The translations under genes were made by a program, and so were the position numbers. DNA of 64,000 nucleotides, from positions 22,444 through 86,443 of the forward strand of contig DF237346.1 in assembly GCA_000708835.1 (NCBI GenBank), given 5' to 3'. This stretch comes from Klebsormidium nitens. Taxonomy: Eukaryota; Plantae; Klebsormidiophyceae. Below the pieces are notes generated by a model, which did no database searches, had not been told where the DNA came from, and saw only the letters and a program-made list of their open reading frames with translations. The stretch's first letter is position 1, and each line of letters starts with the position of its first letter. Below, in pieces: positions 29,671-43,461 of this stretch.

Positions 29671-31229
29671 AAATTTAAACCGAAAAATGGAACAGTACTG
29701 GCAATGTCCTGCAGGTAATCATGCGCGAAGGTCAAGGAAAACAGAATGTAGTATCCGGCCTCAAAAGTTTGAAGAAAGCGAGCCCAGTGGGGTTTGCATT
29801 GCGAAATTTCACCTTTTCAAATGTGTGATCGTTTTCCTGAGTTGACAACTCTTCAGAGCTACGAGATTCTCGAAATCTTTGTTACGTGTTCCACTGTCGT
29901 GATACGCGCCAGAGTCACATGTATATTCAGCCCGAACACGTCGGGGCATTTACCGGTCAGCTTGCACTACTTTCGAGAACGATCATTGGTCAGCTGGCTG
30001 AGCAGATGCATTTGATTACAGTTGCTGATCGTTGCCGTGGGCTTCATGAAAGAGGAGTATGGCTGACTCCTCACTATATTGTCCTGACATGACGGCTGAC
30101 AGCAGTGTATTAAAGCTCTCTCATCGCGGATTGGAACCTGTCCCGGGAAAAAAATAAAATGCGGTTCAACATTTCGCTTGAGCCCGGTCCGTACTCAATC
30201 CGACCAACTAGTCGTCTTCCAGAATTAGCACTCGGTCAAGGTTGAATTATACCGTGAAGGTAGTAAAGACTCTGCGCGGCACCTTTCGGATATCGATGTA
30301 GCACGGATTAGCCGATGATTACGTGTCGCGGCCCGCTGGCAACAAGATCCCCGGCTGGGATAACCTGGACACGCACACCAGCACACAGTACTATCCTTTG
30401 CTAATACTTGTCTATCCTAGCGCATTGAGGTGCAATCCTATTGTCTCAAAGTATTCCATGGTTACGACTCGGATGCCGCTGCGCCGACTGCGCGCGCAGC
30501 GGTCGTATGGCTGCCTGCGACGACGCCGGTCCCCAGCGCCTTGAGTCAAAGGGTGCTAGAAAACATGGCAGGCCGGCTACTGAGCTCAATGAGTCACCAG
30601 GTCGGAGGCTCTTGCCGCATGATCGTTACACCTGTCAGCTTGCCGAGCCACTGCCACGTGGCGTGGTCAGAGTCGCGCGAATCAGGTGCGGGCTGCCCGC
30701 CTGCGCCATGGCGAGACATCAGTACTGAAGCGGACGCAGCGGGTCACCGTGAATTCTTAAAGGCGTCAAAGCACTCTATTTATTCTCTCCTTTTTTGCAT
30801 CAGCAGGAGTAAAATTGCATCCGTTTTGACTCTGTATCGCGTGATTCGCACCCTTGAGGATAGATTTGGCACGCGCGGCCGCGTACCGCAAGCATCCGGC
30901 GCGGCCGGCCGGGGGCCACGATTCAGAGCGGCCGCGGCGGCGGCCGAACTGTGACCCCCCCCCGCTTACGTGGCACGCGGCCGCGGGCTCCAGACGCGCT
31001 CGGATGCCGCGCCAATTGCTTGAGTAAGCAACTTCGAATTTTGCAGAATATTACATAATGCTTTCCATAGGAATGGGAAGTTTTTGAAGTTCGATGATTG
31101 TCGGAAACTCATCACCGTCAGAAGGAAGGTGATTTGCGCGGGTTGACGGCACAGATCTGCTGCCCCGTCACCGCCAATCTCGGGTGGCGGCATAGGGCCT
31201 CCATACGCAGGCGGAACTGCGAGTGGATC

Positions 31230-31256
31230 AGTAACGTAACCTGAGGTTACGTTACT
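31230..31256. promoter_or_regulatory. Perfect 12-bp inverted repeat AGTAACGTAACC-TGA-GGTTACGTTACT
   Basis: Seen directly, about 220 bp upstream of the ATG at 31477. Function unknown. Confidence 0.4.
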
Positions 31257-32217
31257 AAAGCTGGTCTGACGTCAGGGTCACCGAAACTAGCATGATGGGG
31301 CTAGTTTCGGCTGAGACGGTGATGAGTGATGTGTCCCTTTTGACGTTTTGTTCATACCAGAGTCAGAGATTTGAGGGGCCGCTGTTTAGATCAGAACGAC
31401 TTGTAGGAGGCGCTGCGGCTGTGCACCTCTATAGCAGTGAGACGTCTCAGTGGATTGTGACGCGTCGAGGCTCAATATGGCTGCGTTGCTTGAGAGCCCG
31501 TGTGGTGCAACGAGTGAGGTTGCAGGGAGGAGTGAGGGAGTCTTCAGCAACGACGAGATGACCATGCGCAGAAAAGGCGAGCTGAGCGAGTGGGTAGGAG
31601 GGCGGGTGAAAATTTCTCAGCAGCGCCGCCTTTGGCAGGCGCTCAACGCTGCTCAGCAAACTCTTTTGAATTGAGTGTTGAAGCGACCAGAATGAACAAG
31701 CGCCAAAGTGAGGCGCTTTTGTTCAAGAGGCTCGCTAGAGGCGACTATCTGGCGTCGCTGACTCATCTTTGAATTGTTTCCTTGCCTTGTCTCAAAGTTC
31801 TTTTCAGTTTTCTCGCTCGTCCTGAGGAACTCAAGTCGGACCAGGCACCGAAGCAGGACGCCTCAGCTCTTTGACATACAAGGGCTTCGCACCCACGCTT
31901 GAAAAGTTCGTAAGAATTCCCTAAGAGTTCCACAATACCGTCCATAGAATCGTACTAACCGCCCGTGGGCGCTGGCCGTATCTTCGGTCGGCGGCAGCGC
32001 GGCCGCGATGGCCGCGGCTAGCCGGCCGCGGCCGCACCGGGCCGGGCGGCTTGCGACTGGCGGCCGCGAACGTCGGCAAAGAACGTGCTTGAAGCACGCG
32101 CCAGGGACGAAAGGTCTGCTCAACTGAAAGTACTAGGGACGCTGCGCTTCCTCGACGTTCTACAGCTTTCGCGAGGCTTGCGTCACAAGCTTTGCCCTCC
32201 TTCTCAAAACTGCATAG

Positions 32218-34097
32218 ACGATTGCAAGGATGGAATGCTTCAGCGGGATGATGCACTTCGCGGATGGCAAGAAGCTGACACCACAGCAATTTCAGTACCT
32301 CATGCTTTTCTGCAACATCCCGAGATTCAAGCGGAACGTGGAGCTCTTGAAAAGCCACTCTGATCCGCTCAGAGAGGCGGTGGGACTGCCGTTGGGAGAG
32401 GAGGGGGAGTACTTTGTGAGCAGCCAAGAGTATGAAGGATTGTCAGAAGAACTGAAGGTAAGCCTTTGAACGGATTCTTTCGCTATTGTGTACGGAAAGA
32501 TGCGAGCTTTATCCAGAGCATATATGACCACTCCCTTTGTTTCACTAGACCTATCCCCTGAACAATATAAGATTGAGAATTTTAGAAATTTATAGCACTT
32601 GTACTGTCTGAGACCTTCTCGACTTGAATCAAATTTGAAGAACGGAGGCGGAAGTGACTCGACCCTTGGAAGCTAAGAAAAGAATATGACGGTGGTTTGA
32701 CCAAGGATAGTTGGACTTTTGAACAACCACTTTTGTTAATTATTGTCTGTTCCACGAATATTGGTTTCTGTTTGTTCAAAACATTTGAGGGTCTCATCAC
32801 CTCACCTCTCCTTCTGGGCAATACCGCAGGTTAAAGTACAACGGGATCCTCTATCCTCTATTTATATCTCTTCTGAACCAGGCGCTGTCAATCACACTCC
32901 ATGCTGATGCGAAGCTTGGGGTTACCTTGGGGATGTATCTGCTGATTGGGCTTAGCTTGAGTCAAATCCTACGAACGTCACAGTAAATCAAGACCCGGTT
33001 GAAGGACGCTTTTCAGTATGGGCAGGGAGAAGTAAGTCCACCACCAATCTGATAAGAGGAGACTTTTCAGACGATGCTTTTCTCACAATACGCAGTGAGA
33101 TATCAGAGCGCATAGGTACTTAAAAAGGGGACTTTCCAGTCGGAAGCGTTCTCAAAATCGTTTTAAGACCGTACTTATTCCTGGTCCTGATTAATAGTGC
33201 GTCCTCGGGCTGAGATTTCCCCCTCGATCCAGACCATTTTAAAGACAAACTTTTGATCAATATAATGGGAACTGCATCTCCGCTATTGCCAGGTCAACTT
33301 GCAATGTTCTGGGATTCCGATGCCTGCAGGAAGCCGTTCGCAACTTCTCCAACAAGTTAAATGGGGTTCGCTGGTACAACGGTGCGGGCATCAGTGTCGA
33401 ATGCGAAACACCTGCCGGTGTTCCGGACTTGTATTGGTGTCACTGGAGGCCCTCAACCACCTACAGGGGAATCAAGTGAGAGGACTAGTCAAAAACCTTC
33501 AGAAGATGGTTGGGGCAATTGAATAAACTCTCAAATCCAGTCCTTCGTGCTGAAAGCTTAGAAGGGAGCATGCGACCCCTGCCTCATACTCCAGATTCAT
33601 ACTTTGATGCCTACTTGATTAGTGCGCAAAAGAGTGGACTGGAAAGATCGTATTATTTTTGGACGTGGTAGTTGCGAGCAGAGCAGAATCATAATCTCCA
33701 TCATGAGACTTTTCATTCCTTACATAGGAAAAGTAGATTCATTGATGTGGAGGTTTCGCGCTTCGAGTGCGGTCCTAGCTACCACGCTGGCTTTCTTTCT
33801 GGCTTAGTATTTCATTGGCGTTAAGTACTACCGAAAGAAATTACTAGCAGAGTCTAAAGCATTTACGTGATCCGCAGGTGGATAGGTTACTTCGGCAAAA
33901 GTATCACGTTTTTTCATGCGACCGAGTGGATGCAATGGATCTCCAAAAACATCCTGCAGAAGTGGGGGCTGCGGCTTGAAGGAGAGATTTGGTACCAAGG
34001 CAAGTGGATTTTATGCCGCCTAATCGGCGCCAGTCGCTCATCGTGTCCTTCATATCTCAGATTGGTCGAGAAACGTTTTGTAGACCCTGCGAAGTAG
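32218..34097 (+). CDS. Intron-containing gene of a phage/cyanobacterial-type uncharacterised family (5' and 3' ends uncertain)
   Basis: Phase-compatible exons 32218-32457, 33330-33475 and 33878-33999 give FSGMMHF..KKLTPQQFQYLMLF..RFKRN..DPLREAVGLPLGEEGEYFV..PAGVPDLYWCHWRP..EWMQWISKNILQKWGLRLEGEIWYQG. This parallels a prokaryotic/viral family I recall (LDKPL..HAAYL..F..RRMKR..REAVGLP.G.EG.Y..P.LWCQW.P..VEWL.Y....L.PWGY.LNG.V.W.GE). Confidence 0.6.
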
Positions 34098-34504
34098 GCA
34101 GACCACACGCTTGTTCGCTTCTCTGAACCTTCAAAATACGGAGAATGTTGTACAATTTCGAATGCAAAGGACTGACCTTCAAAGGTTTCTCGATATTCTG
34201 CAACAACTGATTGAAGAAAAGCACGGCTAATCGTAACATACAGAATCACTTAGACTCCCACATTCGTTGCATACCTGCTTGCGGATGAGCATCGATTCTA
34301 AAACCGGCTCATGCATATCGTCGCAGCCATTTTTTTACAATCTGAAGAATTGATTCTGAGGCCGGCTTTCTATGCACATCCTTGCAGCAATTTATTCCAA
34401 TCTGAAAGCCTTGTTGTTCTACAGGTGAAAACAGATCACTAACGGGCAGATTTGTAGCGACCACAACTGGAAAGATCACAAAGCAGGATGCGAGGTCGAG
34501 CCGG

Positions 34505-36157
34505 ATGCAGAACCTGCTGGGTGCCGCAGCTAGAAACGATGTTGCGCTGGCCAAAAGTCTGCCCCGAGCGCAGCTTACGAGGAGAGACGCTTTTGGGAGA
34601 ACGCCGTTGATGCTGGCCGCGTGCTTCGAAGCTTATGAGATGCTGGAATGGCTGACGGAGCAATCGTCTTCCGAAGAGCTGTACCTGGATCAGGCGAAAT
34701 GCACGCCCGGGGTGAGGGTCTGTTTACGATCTGTTACGTTCTGGCAGTATATGAAATTCTCAATTCAATATATGGTAGCATACGTCTACTGTCCACCGTC
34801 TCTTTGAGAGACCGAAACGGACTCGAGCTGGCTGTGGCTTATTTCAGGCATAGAGAGTCAACAGATTAGCCTGTCGACCGTTCTTTAGTAGAAAGAAGGA
34901 ACACGCCTGGCAAAAGCCGAAGGAAATAGACCGTAAATTGCAGATGCTTGGATCTCACAGCATCTCGTTGCACTTGTCTGTTCTTTTTCTGCACCGAGAG
35001 GGGCTCTTGTCTATCTGCGCTCTGCTTTAACCCGTTTTCAAAGAGTTCTAGGATCCCAGATTGACCCGAAGTGACTGATGCCGACACAACCTTAGTTCAG
35101 CTGATACTGACACTGATGATGTCAATCAAACGTTCCTGGTTTTACCCTGCATATAACGGATGGAAAGAAGGTGTGCATTCTTCCTCTTCTCTGATCGTAG
35201 TCGGAAAAATAAGTGAGTTGTCTCAATACTCGGCGCGCTAGGATACGTGTCAATTAACGCGACAGTCGGCTGGCTGGACGTGAAATTTGACTCTCTCTTC
35301 CTTTTATTCAGACGATGAACGGCCTTGACTTCGAAAAGGAGACTCTCTTCCATCTCCTCGCGCGCCTCGACCTCCAAAATCCCGCCTTCCAGCGCGCCCT
35401 GAAACACCTTTCCGCGCACCCCGTTCCGCCGGAAGCGCTGAGCTCCTTCACCGGAGAGCACCTCGACGGACCAACACCCCTGGGCCTTGCAATTGAGCGG
35501 GGAAACCGGGTCTTCGCGGAGTGGCTGATAGCGAAGGGGGCTGACGTCAACTTCCACGGGTGGGGTTTCAACTTCAACCCGGAAGGCGAGAGCTACTACT
35601 CTTATCCGCTGATGACTGCCGCAGCCGTAGAGGATCCTTACTTCGTAGAGCTGCTGTTGAACAAGGGAGCTCGCATCGACTGCGAGAACGAGCCCAGACA
35701 GTCCCTCGTAGGCAGCACGCTTGGCAAGATGACCCCGCTTCAGTTGGCTGCATACATGGGCCGCTTCGAAAACGTGCGCCTTTTGGCCTACTACGGCGCA
35801 CGATTCGAAGACACGTGGCTGAGCCAGTTCACCACGAGCCGCGATGACCCGGAGGACATCGCCGAGCTCACTGCTCAAACGGTGCGGCAAGGCGTGATCT
35901 ACCGGGATTACAGTAAACCATGGAAAAGCGCGGAAGCGCTCAAAGACGCACTGAAAAGGTTCGACGCAGCGGCACGGGAGGGCCTCTCCCGCCGCAGACT
36001 GCTGGTGGTGTCTGGGATGACGCGCCGAACGGTTCCGAGACTTCCGGAGCATTTGCTCAAGCACGTTATGGAGCTGGCAGGTCTGTTTCCGGTCGTGCAG
36101 TTTCCTGAAGATCGGCAGCTGCAGGCTCGAGCGGAGAAGTCCATAGCAAAGTACTGA
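34505..36157 (+). CDS. Ankyrin-repeat protein, 2 exons (34505-34711, 35312-36157)
   Basis: GRTPLMLAA, GPTPLGLAIERGN...GADVN, YPLMTAAA, MTPLQLAAYMG ankyrin motifs. Phase-0 GT-AG intron. Confidence 0.85.
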
Positions 36158-37301
36158 CGAAATTGGTACGAGTCACTTTTGGGATGAGCGCTTCCAGGGA
36201 TGTGGCACGGGTCTAGGTGGGGCAGCAAGAATTGACCACTGCAATTACAGTTACCATGGACTACAGCATTAGCTGAAGGGCCGAATCCATACCATTTCTT
36301 TTTACGCCTGGAACTCATTAGACTTTCCATGAAGCTTGCCGCTGAATTTTTCTTATGGTATTCTTAGGCCGCCCGTCACCTCGGCCGGGCACTTAGACAA
36401 GCTTTTACCTAACAGCTGATTGTTTGAGCAACGCACTGTTTAACGATCAATCAGGCAATCAACACTGAATTGTGTACGTAAGCCCATTCCCAGTCTGGCG
36501 GGATGGCGGCCGGGCCGCTGGCGTGTCTGGATGCGAAGACATGAAAGCATGTTCTGGCAAAGCTGAGTAGCAGTCTCATCATCATGCGGGCGGCCCCGGG
36601 GCACTATATTTCCTTAAGCTTGATAGCGCGCGAACAGACTGGAATTCCGTGCGCCGGAGGCTTGTGCAAGGGCGTAATTTGCGACCATGTGCATATGATC
36701 CCAGCCATGCCGGGCAGAGTCGCAAGACTTCCATGACACGTACGCCGGAAACATCGTATCTCATTGGTGTACGGCCTCGTCACGCGGACGGTCACGCGGA
36801 CGACGACTCAAGTGTGCACCGCCGGCCCGCCGTACATGATCCCGCATATCTCTGCATATCGGAAACAGGGCGCGGCAGCACATGCATCCAATGATCGCCA
36901 AGGCCGGCCAAGCTGTGTGTTAACGCAGGCCCGGCGCACGGCCGCGCCGTACTGAGCCGCCCCGGCCCCAAAGTGACGTACAGTGAATTGATCTGAGACC
37001 GGCGAAGTGCAAGTGACCAGAATGAAGTTTGAACCAGTCCGACTGATACATTCTGGGCGGCCCGGGGCGGCCCCGCGGGCCGGGCCCATATGCACCAGAA
37101 GATCACAAGCGCGGGCAACATGGTTTGCATGAGTCAATGATAGGATCGATTGCATGTTGATCGTTTGGACAGTAATTACAAGACTTGCTTAAACGATGCC
37201 ACCTAACAGCGTTGGAACCAAGCGCGGCCGATTATGCATTTTTAAGGGTCAACAGTTCACAGGCAATCGCCGCCATGAAGTCAACGTCAAGTAAGTCGTA
37301 T

Positions 37302-40300
37302 TTAGTTTCCAAGAGTCTGCCCTGCTTTCATGAAGAATCTGGGGAGTGTTCGCTTGGAGGACTTGGATCCTCTGTGCTGCCCCGTATGCGCTTTTAGATC
37401 TCCCTTACAGCCGGCCGCCGCTGCAGCCGACTCACAACACGTGTCAGCACGACTCGCGTCCGCAATCCACCTGTCATGAGCTTCAATATACCAATCCGGT
37501 AACACAGACGCCAGACCACCTGCTTCGTTCTTACTCAAACACTGTTCGTTGCTGCCGACCTGAGTCTCGGAGCGTTGCAAGTTCCTCTCCGGACTTGACA
37601 CCTGTGCAGCCACCCCTTTGCCGAACTCCTCTTGCTTGACTTCCCGCCGGACGTCCCATTCTAAACACGCTGCGTCCGTGTCCGCACTCGCTCGGAGCCG
37701 AGCCTTGTTATGCAACCCCGACGACCATTCCCCGGCTAGCCCCCGCAGCAAATCCTGCTCGTCCAGGAGAGTATTCACACCGCTGTCCAGAGCGCCAAGT
37801 CCCCCAGGTCTCAGTCCGCCTCTTTCCTCAGGAAGCGGCCCCGTTCCTTCGTCGAATGTCGCGAAGTCCGCGGCTTTTGGCGCAACGCTTGCCGATGCTT
37901 TAGGCGGGGATATCGAGCAGACTCGGAAGCGCTTGCTCCTGATCACGACCCGGCGCACCTTTGGAAGGGCGCTCCGTTTCCGGTTCCGTTTACCCCTCAG
38001 CACAAGGGCGTCTTCCCCGTCGTCTACAAACCCGACCCTGTCAACTCCGTCCGCACACACCGGGTTAGCCGAAACCTCTGCCAAAACCGGGTGGGGTTCT
38101 TGCAAACCACGCCCCTGACCCCACTGCTTGCACAGCTCCCCGAAGTGCGCGTTTGGACACGTGTCCAAACCGTACGGGTCCTTTCCGGCGATCGGACGGA
38201 TGACGCTCGGCCTCACCAGCCGCACGAAAGCGTCCAGCTCCACGAAGCACGAGTGCAACGAGTAGGGAACCCTAAAGAGAAGCGGCTCCCTGGGGGCGCT
38301 GGGCTCAGGCAGGGGTTTCTTTAGGCGTTCCCTCGCGGCCGCTGCCGCGCCCTGAACTTGCACCGCGCCTTTTCGCCGTGAACTGGGGAGATGCCGCTCT
38401 TGAATATCCTGCGCCGCGCCCTCAATTCCAGAACACTCCCTTGCCGACGTCAGCACGTCCGCTGCAGGCGTCACAGCCGGCATCGCGCTCCGCAACAATT
38501 CTGCCTGCTCCTCGTTCGAAAAAGTTCCGCACCCCCTGCCTTCCTCCTCCGCTTCGTCAGAACGCCTTTGCTTGCTGACACCCTCAGTAGGCCAGCCCCG
38601 GTTACCAAAACCAGGAATGGGAACCTGGGCGGTACCGCCGCTGACTCTGCTCCCAGGCGCACGATTCCCATGGCCCGGTACGGCCCCCCGGTGGTTTGGT
38701 TCGCCCGGTTGACGGTCGAGACTCCGCCAGCCTGAGGGGACGATCCCGATGGTGGGCGCGCGCGCGTTGAGAACGCGCAGGTGGTCGAAGTTGACGCTGC
38801 GGCGCGGGACGGCGCAGATGCGGGGGCGAGCTGTTTCGGACACTTCAGGCGGTTCCAGCGGTTGGGAGCGTTCGGCACTATCGGACGGTCCGCATGATCT
38901 GGAGGGCTCCGATGTTGACGGCTTTGCAGGATGACCCGACCCGGAGGTTGCGGACGGTCCGGAAGGTTCGGACGCGTTTGAGGATTGGAGTGCGTCAGAC
39001 GGTTCTGATGGGGAAGACGTTCTGGAGGCTTCGACCGGTTCGGACCGTTCGGACCGTGTCGGGGAAGCGTCGGACGGTTCAGAAGGGGCGGAGGAACCGG
39101 AGGCTTTGAGTGGTTCGGACCGTGCGGACGGTGGGGCTGTGGCGTAGATGGAGGGGCCCGGGAGGAGGGTGAAGACGTCCGGCAGGCCGAGGACCCGGGC
39201 GAAGGCGAGGCGCTCGGGAGAAACGGCGATCTGCCGGCGGGAGGAAGCGTCACAACGGGTTTCAAAAGTCGCTCTAGTTGGAAGGGTCCTTAACATTTGG
39301 TCGTTTGATCTGGCCTACTCACGGAAAATTAAAGCTTTTGAGCTTTCATAAATTGGTTGTATGGCAACAATGCGTGTGCCAAGGTTCTTTTCTACAGCAG
39401 TGGTTTCGCGAAAGGAAAAAGAAAGCATCTTGAAAGCAGACTTCAGTGGATATTGCCTCTATCTTGTAGAGACAGAAGAACAACTCAACCTCACGAGAAA
39501 CGAAGAGGGGCAAAGTCAAGAGACTGCTTCAAAGTAGCATAGTTCCCAACTAAATCAAGAAGAAGCTGAGCAGCGGATCAAGTCGTGCAGGACGCTTCGC
39601 AAGCAGCGTCGTCTCTGCAAAGTATTGTGCATTCGAGCGGCATATGAATCATCCTCGAAATAGATGGGAAGCTTTTGTAGCATCACACAGTGTGCCCTTT
39701 TCGAAAGTTAACCTTCGAAACCCTTTCCATCCTCCGCTCAACCTTCTGTAATGCGACAGAGCCGCCTGTGCCCTACCTTGGTTCGGAGCCTGGTGGCGAT
39801 TGACACTAACAAGTCCTCCTTGCCCAGGGAGTCGACTCCAATCAGTACTTGGTGTCTCGGGTGGGCTTCCAGTATCGCGCACACCTGCCGGCAGGAGAAC
39901 GAAGGAGTCCGTGAAGAGAGATTGACGCCAGCTGTTCAGTGAAATCAAACATGAGCCTTGCCGGCTGGGAGCCAATCGTAAAGAAACGCCTTTGAAAAGA
40001 TGATGCACAAAGTCCAACAATTCCTGTATCACCGAGGATCGCAGGGTTGTGCTTCAGACGAAGTTAGAAAAAACGCCTCGGATGTCCTCAGTTGGGGCCA
40101 AGTTTTTGAGCAGGGAGTTCAGAACGGTCTGGAATCTTACAACCGCACTCAGTGAGCTGAATCGAGAGATTTTTGATGATTTCAGGTGCATTTCTCTTTC
40201 AACTATGACGAAGATCAGTAATGTGCAATTCCGGCTTTCGCAATGATTGTCAGGTCCTCCTGTACAGTGTAAACCCTGTACATAAACACAGTGTAAATCA

Positions 40301-42114
40301 GCAGATTTCCCAAAAACTTTTTGGTCCGTTTGTCACTCATCAGTAAAATTCGGAAAGCGCTCCTTACCTGCTCCAGTGCTTCCGCCCGGTTGGGAAACCA
40401 GTACATCGGATGGCAATACGTGTTGTCCAAAAAGAGGACGTCAACCGGACGCCCCTGGAGGGCCTCCTGCAGCTGACGCAGTCCTGACGTCAGCGGCCGC
40501 GCGGCCTCGTCGGCGCAACCTTCTGAGCACGTGAGAGCTAGTTTGCTGGTCTCTGGAAGGGGGCGGGAGGGGGAAGGGGCGGGGGAACTAGATGTGGGAA
40601 GAAAAGCGTCCCAGCGGAAGTCGCCGGTGTGCAGCCGGGTGCCGAAGCTGCCCCGGAAGAGGAACATGACGGAGCCTGCAAAGGAGTGGACGGGACGATT
40701 CACAACCTCCGGTAATCCGAGTTTGGGTACTCAACAGAGAGTTACTGCATGTAGCTGCCCAACGGGATCATTAATGTCCATGACAAGTACAGGGCGTTCT
40801 CCGGAGGTTGTATCCTGGCAAGGTCAAATGAATGCATCTCGTAGGACGTACTGAAATTAAGATGGAGCTTGAGAGATTTTTCAAGACAATCGGTACAGCC
40901 AACCTCCATGAGAAAGTCATTGAGCAGAGGTAAACATCAGGTAACCCATACTTTCAGAACACCTCAGGTCAAAAAGCCATGCGTGCACGATATATTGTAG
41001 GAGACTCTCTCCACCGTTTGTTGACTTGCATTCGCACTATCAACACCGGTAGCCGAGGACCAAAGGGTTGGCAGAATTAGGAGTCGCAACTTAGCCAAAG
41101 GCCGGCTGGCTCTCGCCGTCTTGGTATTTCATTTTTGCATGATGGGGCAGGAACGAGACAAATTAAGCCCTTGGAGTCAGTCCATGAACAAGTCAGTGAG
41201 CCCGTTCTGTCAAGACCCATACTGGCCGCTTCCGTACTGAGAGAAACAACCTGAGACGAAACAAACAAGCGGAGACTTCACAGTTCTTTCTCTGTCTGCA
41301 AAACTTCACCATTGACTCACCGGGGCAGTGGTGCGCATCGATGGGCGTGACCTCCATCAACTCCTGTCGCTGCTGCTTGCCCCAAACTTCGACCATGGTG
41401 TGAACACCGACTTCCAAGGGGCGCAGCAGCCCCTTGCTGAAGCCGGGAAAGCGGACGCAAAGCAACTGAGCGGTCACGTGGGAGCAGTAGAGGGGCCCCC
41501 GAGACCAGGTGCTTCCCAGGCCCTTGATGTGGTCGCCGTGCATATGCTGCACGAGAGGGCAAAGATCTTTGTAGAGAGAGGGGCAGGAGGTAGGTATTGG
41601 TAAAAAAAGGGGCAAGCGATGTAAGTAAGGGACGATCTCTTCTGAGGCGTTTAGATTACTTGGTGTGAGAAGGTGACAGGGGGCATAGGGGACAATTTGA
41701 AACATCAATCCACTGCCGTCCATACGCTGCAGGAGAAAGACCATGGGAAGCCGCATTCATATAAATGCAGCTCATGCAGTTGGCCAGAATAAGCAAGGCA
41801 TGAAAATGCGGCGAAAGGGGCTGCTATTCTGCAGATCAGCGCTTGAAGAAAGCTGAGAGTTTGTGTTGGATCTTTTGCTGCTGTCTGCGATCTGGCGATG
41901 GCAGGGCTTACATATTTCAATCCTTGCTCACCATTTGACTTCAATATCACAAGGGCCTCAAACTTGGACGGACTCGGAAGTCAGCACTTAGAGAGCCTCA
42001 AAGACAAGGCTGTAATCTGAAGGTCTCACAACTTGAGAAACTCACCGTAAGAAAGTATGCTCCGCTCTGTTTCTGCCATTGGTCTACTAAGAACAGGTGC
42101 TGAAGGCCCTCCAT
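37302..42114 (-). CDS. DCLRE1B: SNM1B/Apollo-like beta-CASP metallo-beta-lactamase 5' exonuclease (DNA crosslink repair)
   Basis: MEGLQHLFLVDQW...AYFLT|HMHGDHIKGL..WSRGPLYCS...IDAHHCPG|SVMFLF...LHTGDFR...LFLDNTYC|...IGVDSLGKEDLL|IAVSPERL...VPYSLHSCFVELDAFVRLVRP. MBL and beta-CASP motifs with GT-AG junctions. Confidence 0.82.
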
Positions 42115-43461
42115 GGTCCAGAATATGACGCTCGCAGTGAACAATCTCAACTCTGCTTCTTTCGCCTTTCAGTCCCTGTAACATTGCAACACCCCACAGA
42201 GAAACGCATACCATTGAATTCAACACGGTGACGTCCGTAGCCCATCAAAAAATGTGCACTCGTCGTTGAGGAGACTGCGAGGAGGACGGAAAATAGGAGA
42301 GCGCTTCATAAGCTACACAGCCTGATTCCTGAGCTTCAATCTCCATGTCCCCCATGCATTTCCAAGATTGTTCCTTGAAATTGACCAGTGCCAACCAGTG
42401 CCGATCGCAATGTTCAACATACTTAAATATGTTGATGACAATGTTGTTCAGAATCAAATGCCTCAGCCTCAGGCTCAGGCTCAGGCTCAAGAGCAATGGG
42501 CCCCCACTCCAACTTCAACGTTTTTGAAGCAAAATTTTCGAAAAATGGACAGTTGGTTGCCGGGCTCTCGTTCCAACCGGGCAATACCAACTAGCCAACT
42601 GCTGAACGGCACAAAATCCTCCAACCTCCTGCCGCCACGTGTCCCCCCCATCCCGCGCGGAAGGCTGCGGCTTCGCGCTCGGAAACCACCCGCGATACTT
42701 AACCCCGACATCGGTGACCAGCCTTCCCCAATGACATTTCTTAAGTGACCACCTCAAAAAAATGCGCGCAACCCGCATTCCAACACTAGGGTTTGATTGC
42801 TGCTCCAGGAGGGTGCAGCGCTGATCAAGGGCTGTGCATTTGGCCCTAGCGGCTCCCTACAATCATTCATAGGCAGCCACGGCTCTGGTTCGCGACCGCA
42901 GGTGGGCCACTAAGCAGCTTTTTACCACCATGACGCAGTGAGCGCGCGCGCGCGGAGCAACACGGCTGGCCTCAATGACTCATTGCAAACCCACGACGAA
43001 GGTATCCGAATCCGGCTTGCATTTGTGCGTGTGCAAAACGAGATGGCACATGCCAACGTTAGACATGTCGCATGTCCAGTAAACGGATTGGCGTGCAGTG
43101 CTTTGCTTACCTAGCTATTCAACAGCTTGAATCTACACACCTTATGCCTTGACAACCGCGATATGGGGCTAACCAATTCAATATTTGAGCAGGAAAGCTC
43201 CAAATGCCTCAATTGCTTTAGTTGCTTCTGCAAGCAGGCAATGCATGGCAGCTTGTTCAGTTATCCAAAGTCCGAGTCTAGCTATCAGCTGTTTCGAAGC
43301 CGTCGGCTGTACTTACAATTAAAGCCAAGACACGCTTCACCATAACCTTTCCCTTTTTCTGCAATGGAGAGCGTTCGCCTTAAAACGTGCCAGTAGGGTC
43401 GCACCACTGTACATTTGCATTTGCCTGTTCACTCGGGCACAAGCACTAGTGGCAATGAAGC

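Noticed and set aside
30323-30954. Overlapping + strand ORFs in a GC-rich stretch
   Set aside because: No motifs or splice-consistent structure; long ORFs are expected by chance at this GC content.
35126-36064. 312-aa minus-strand ORF
   Set aside because: It is the antisense shadow of the GC-rich ankyrin exon.
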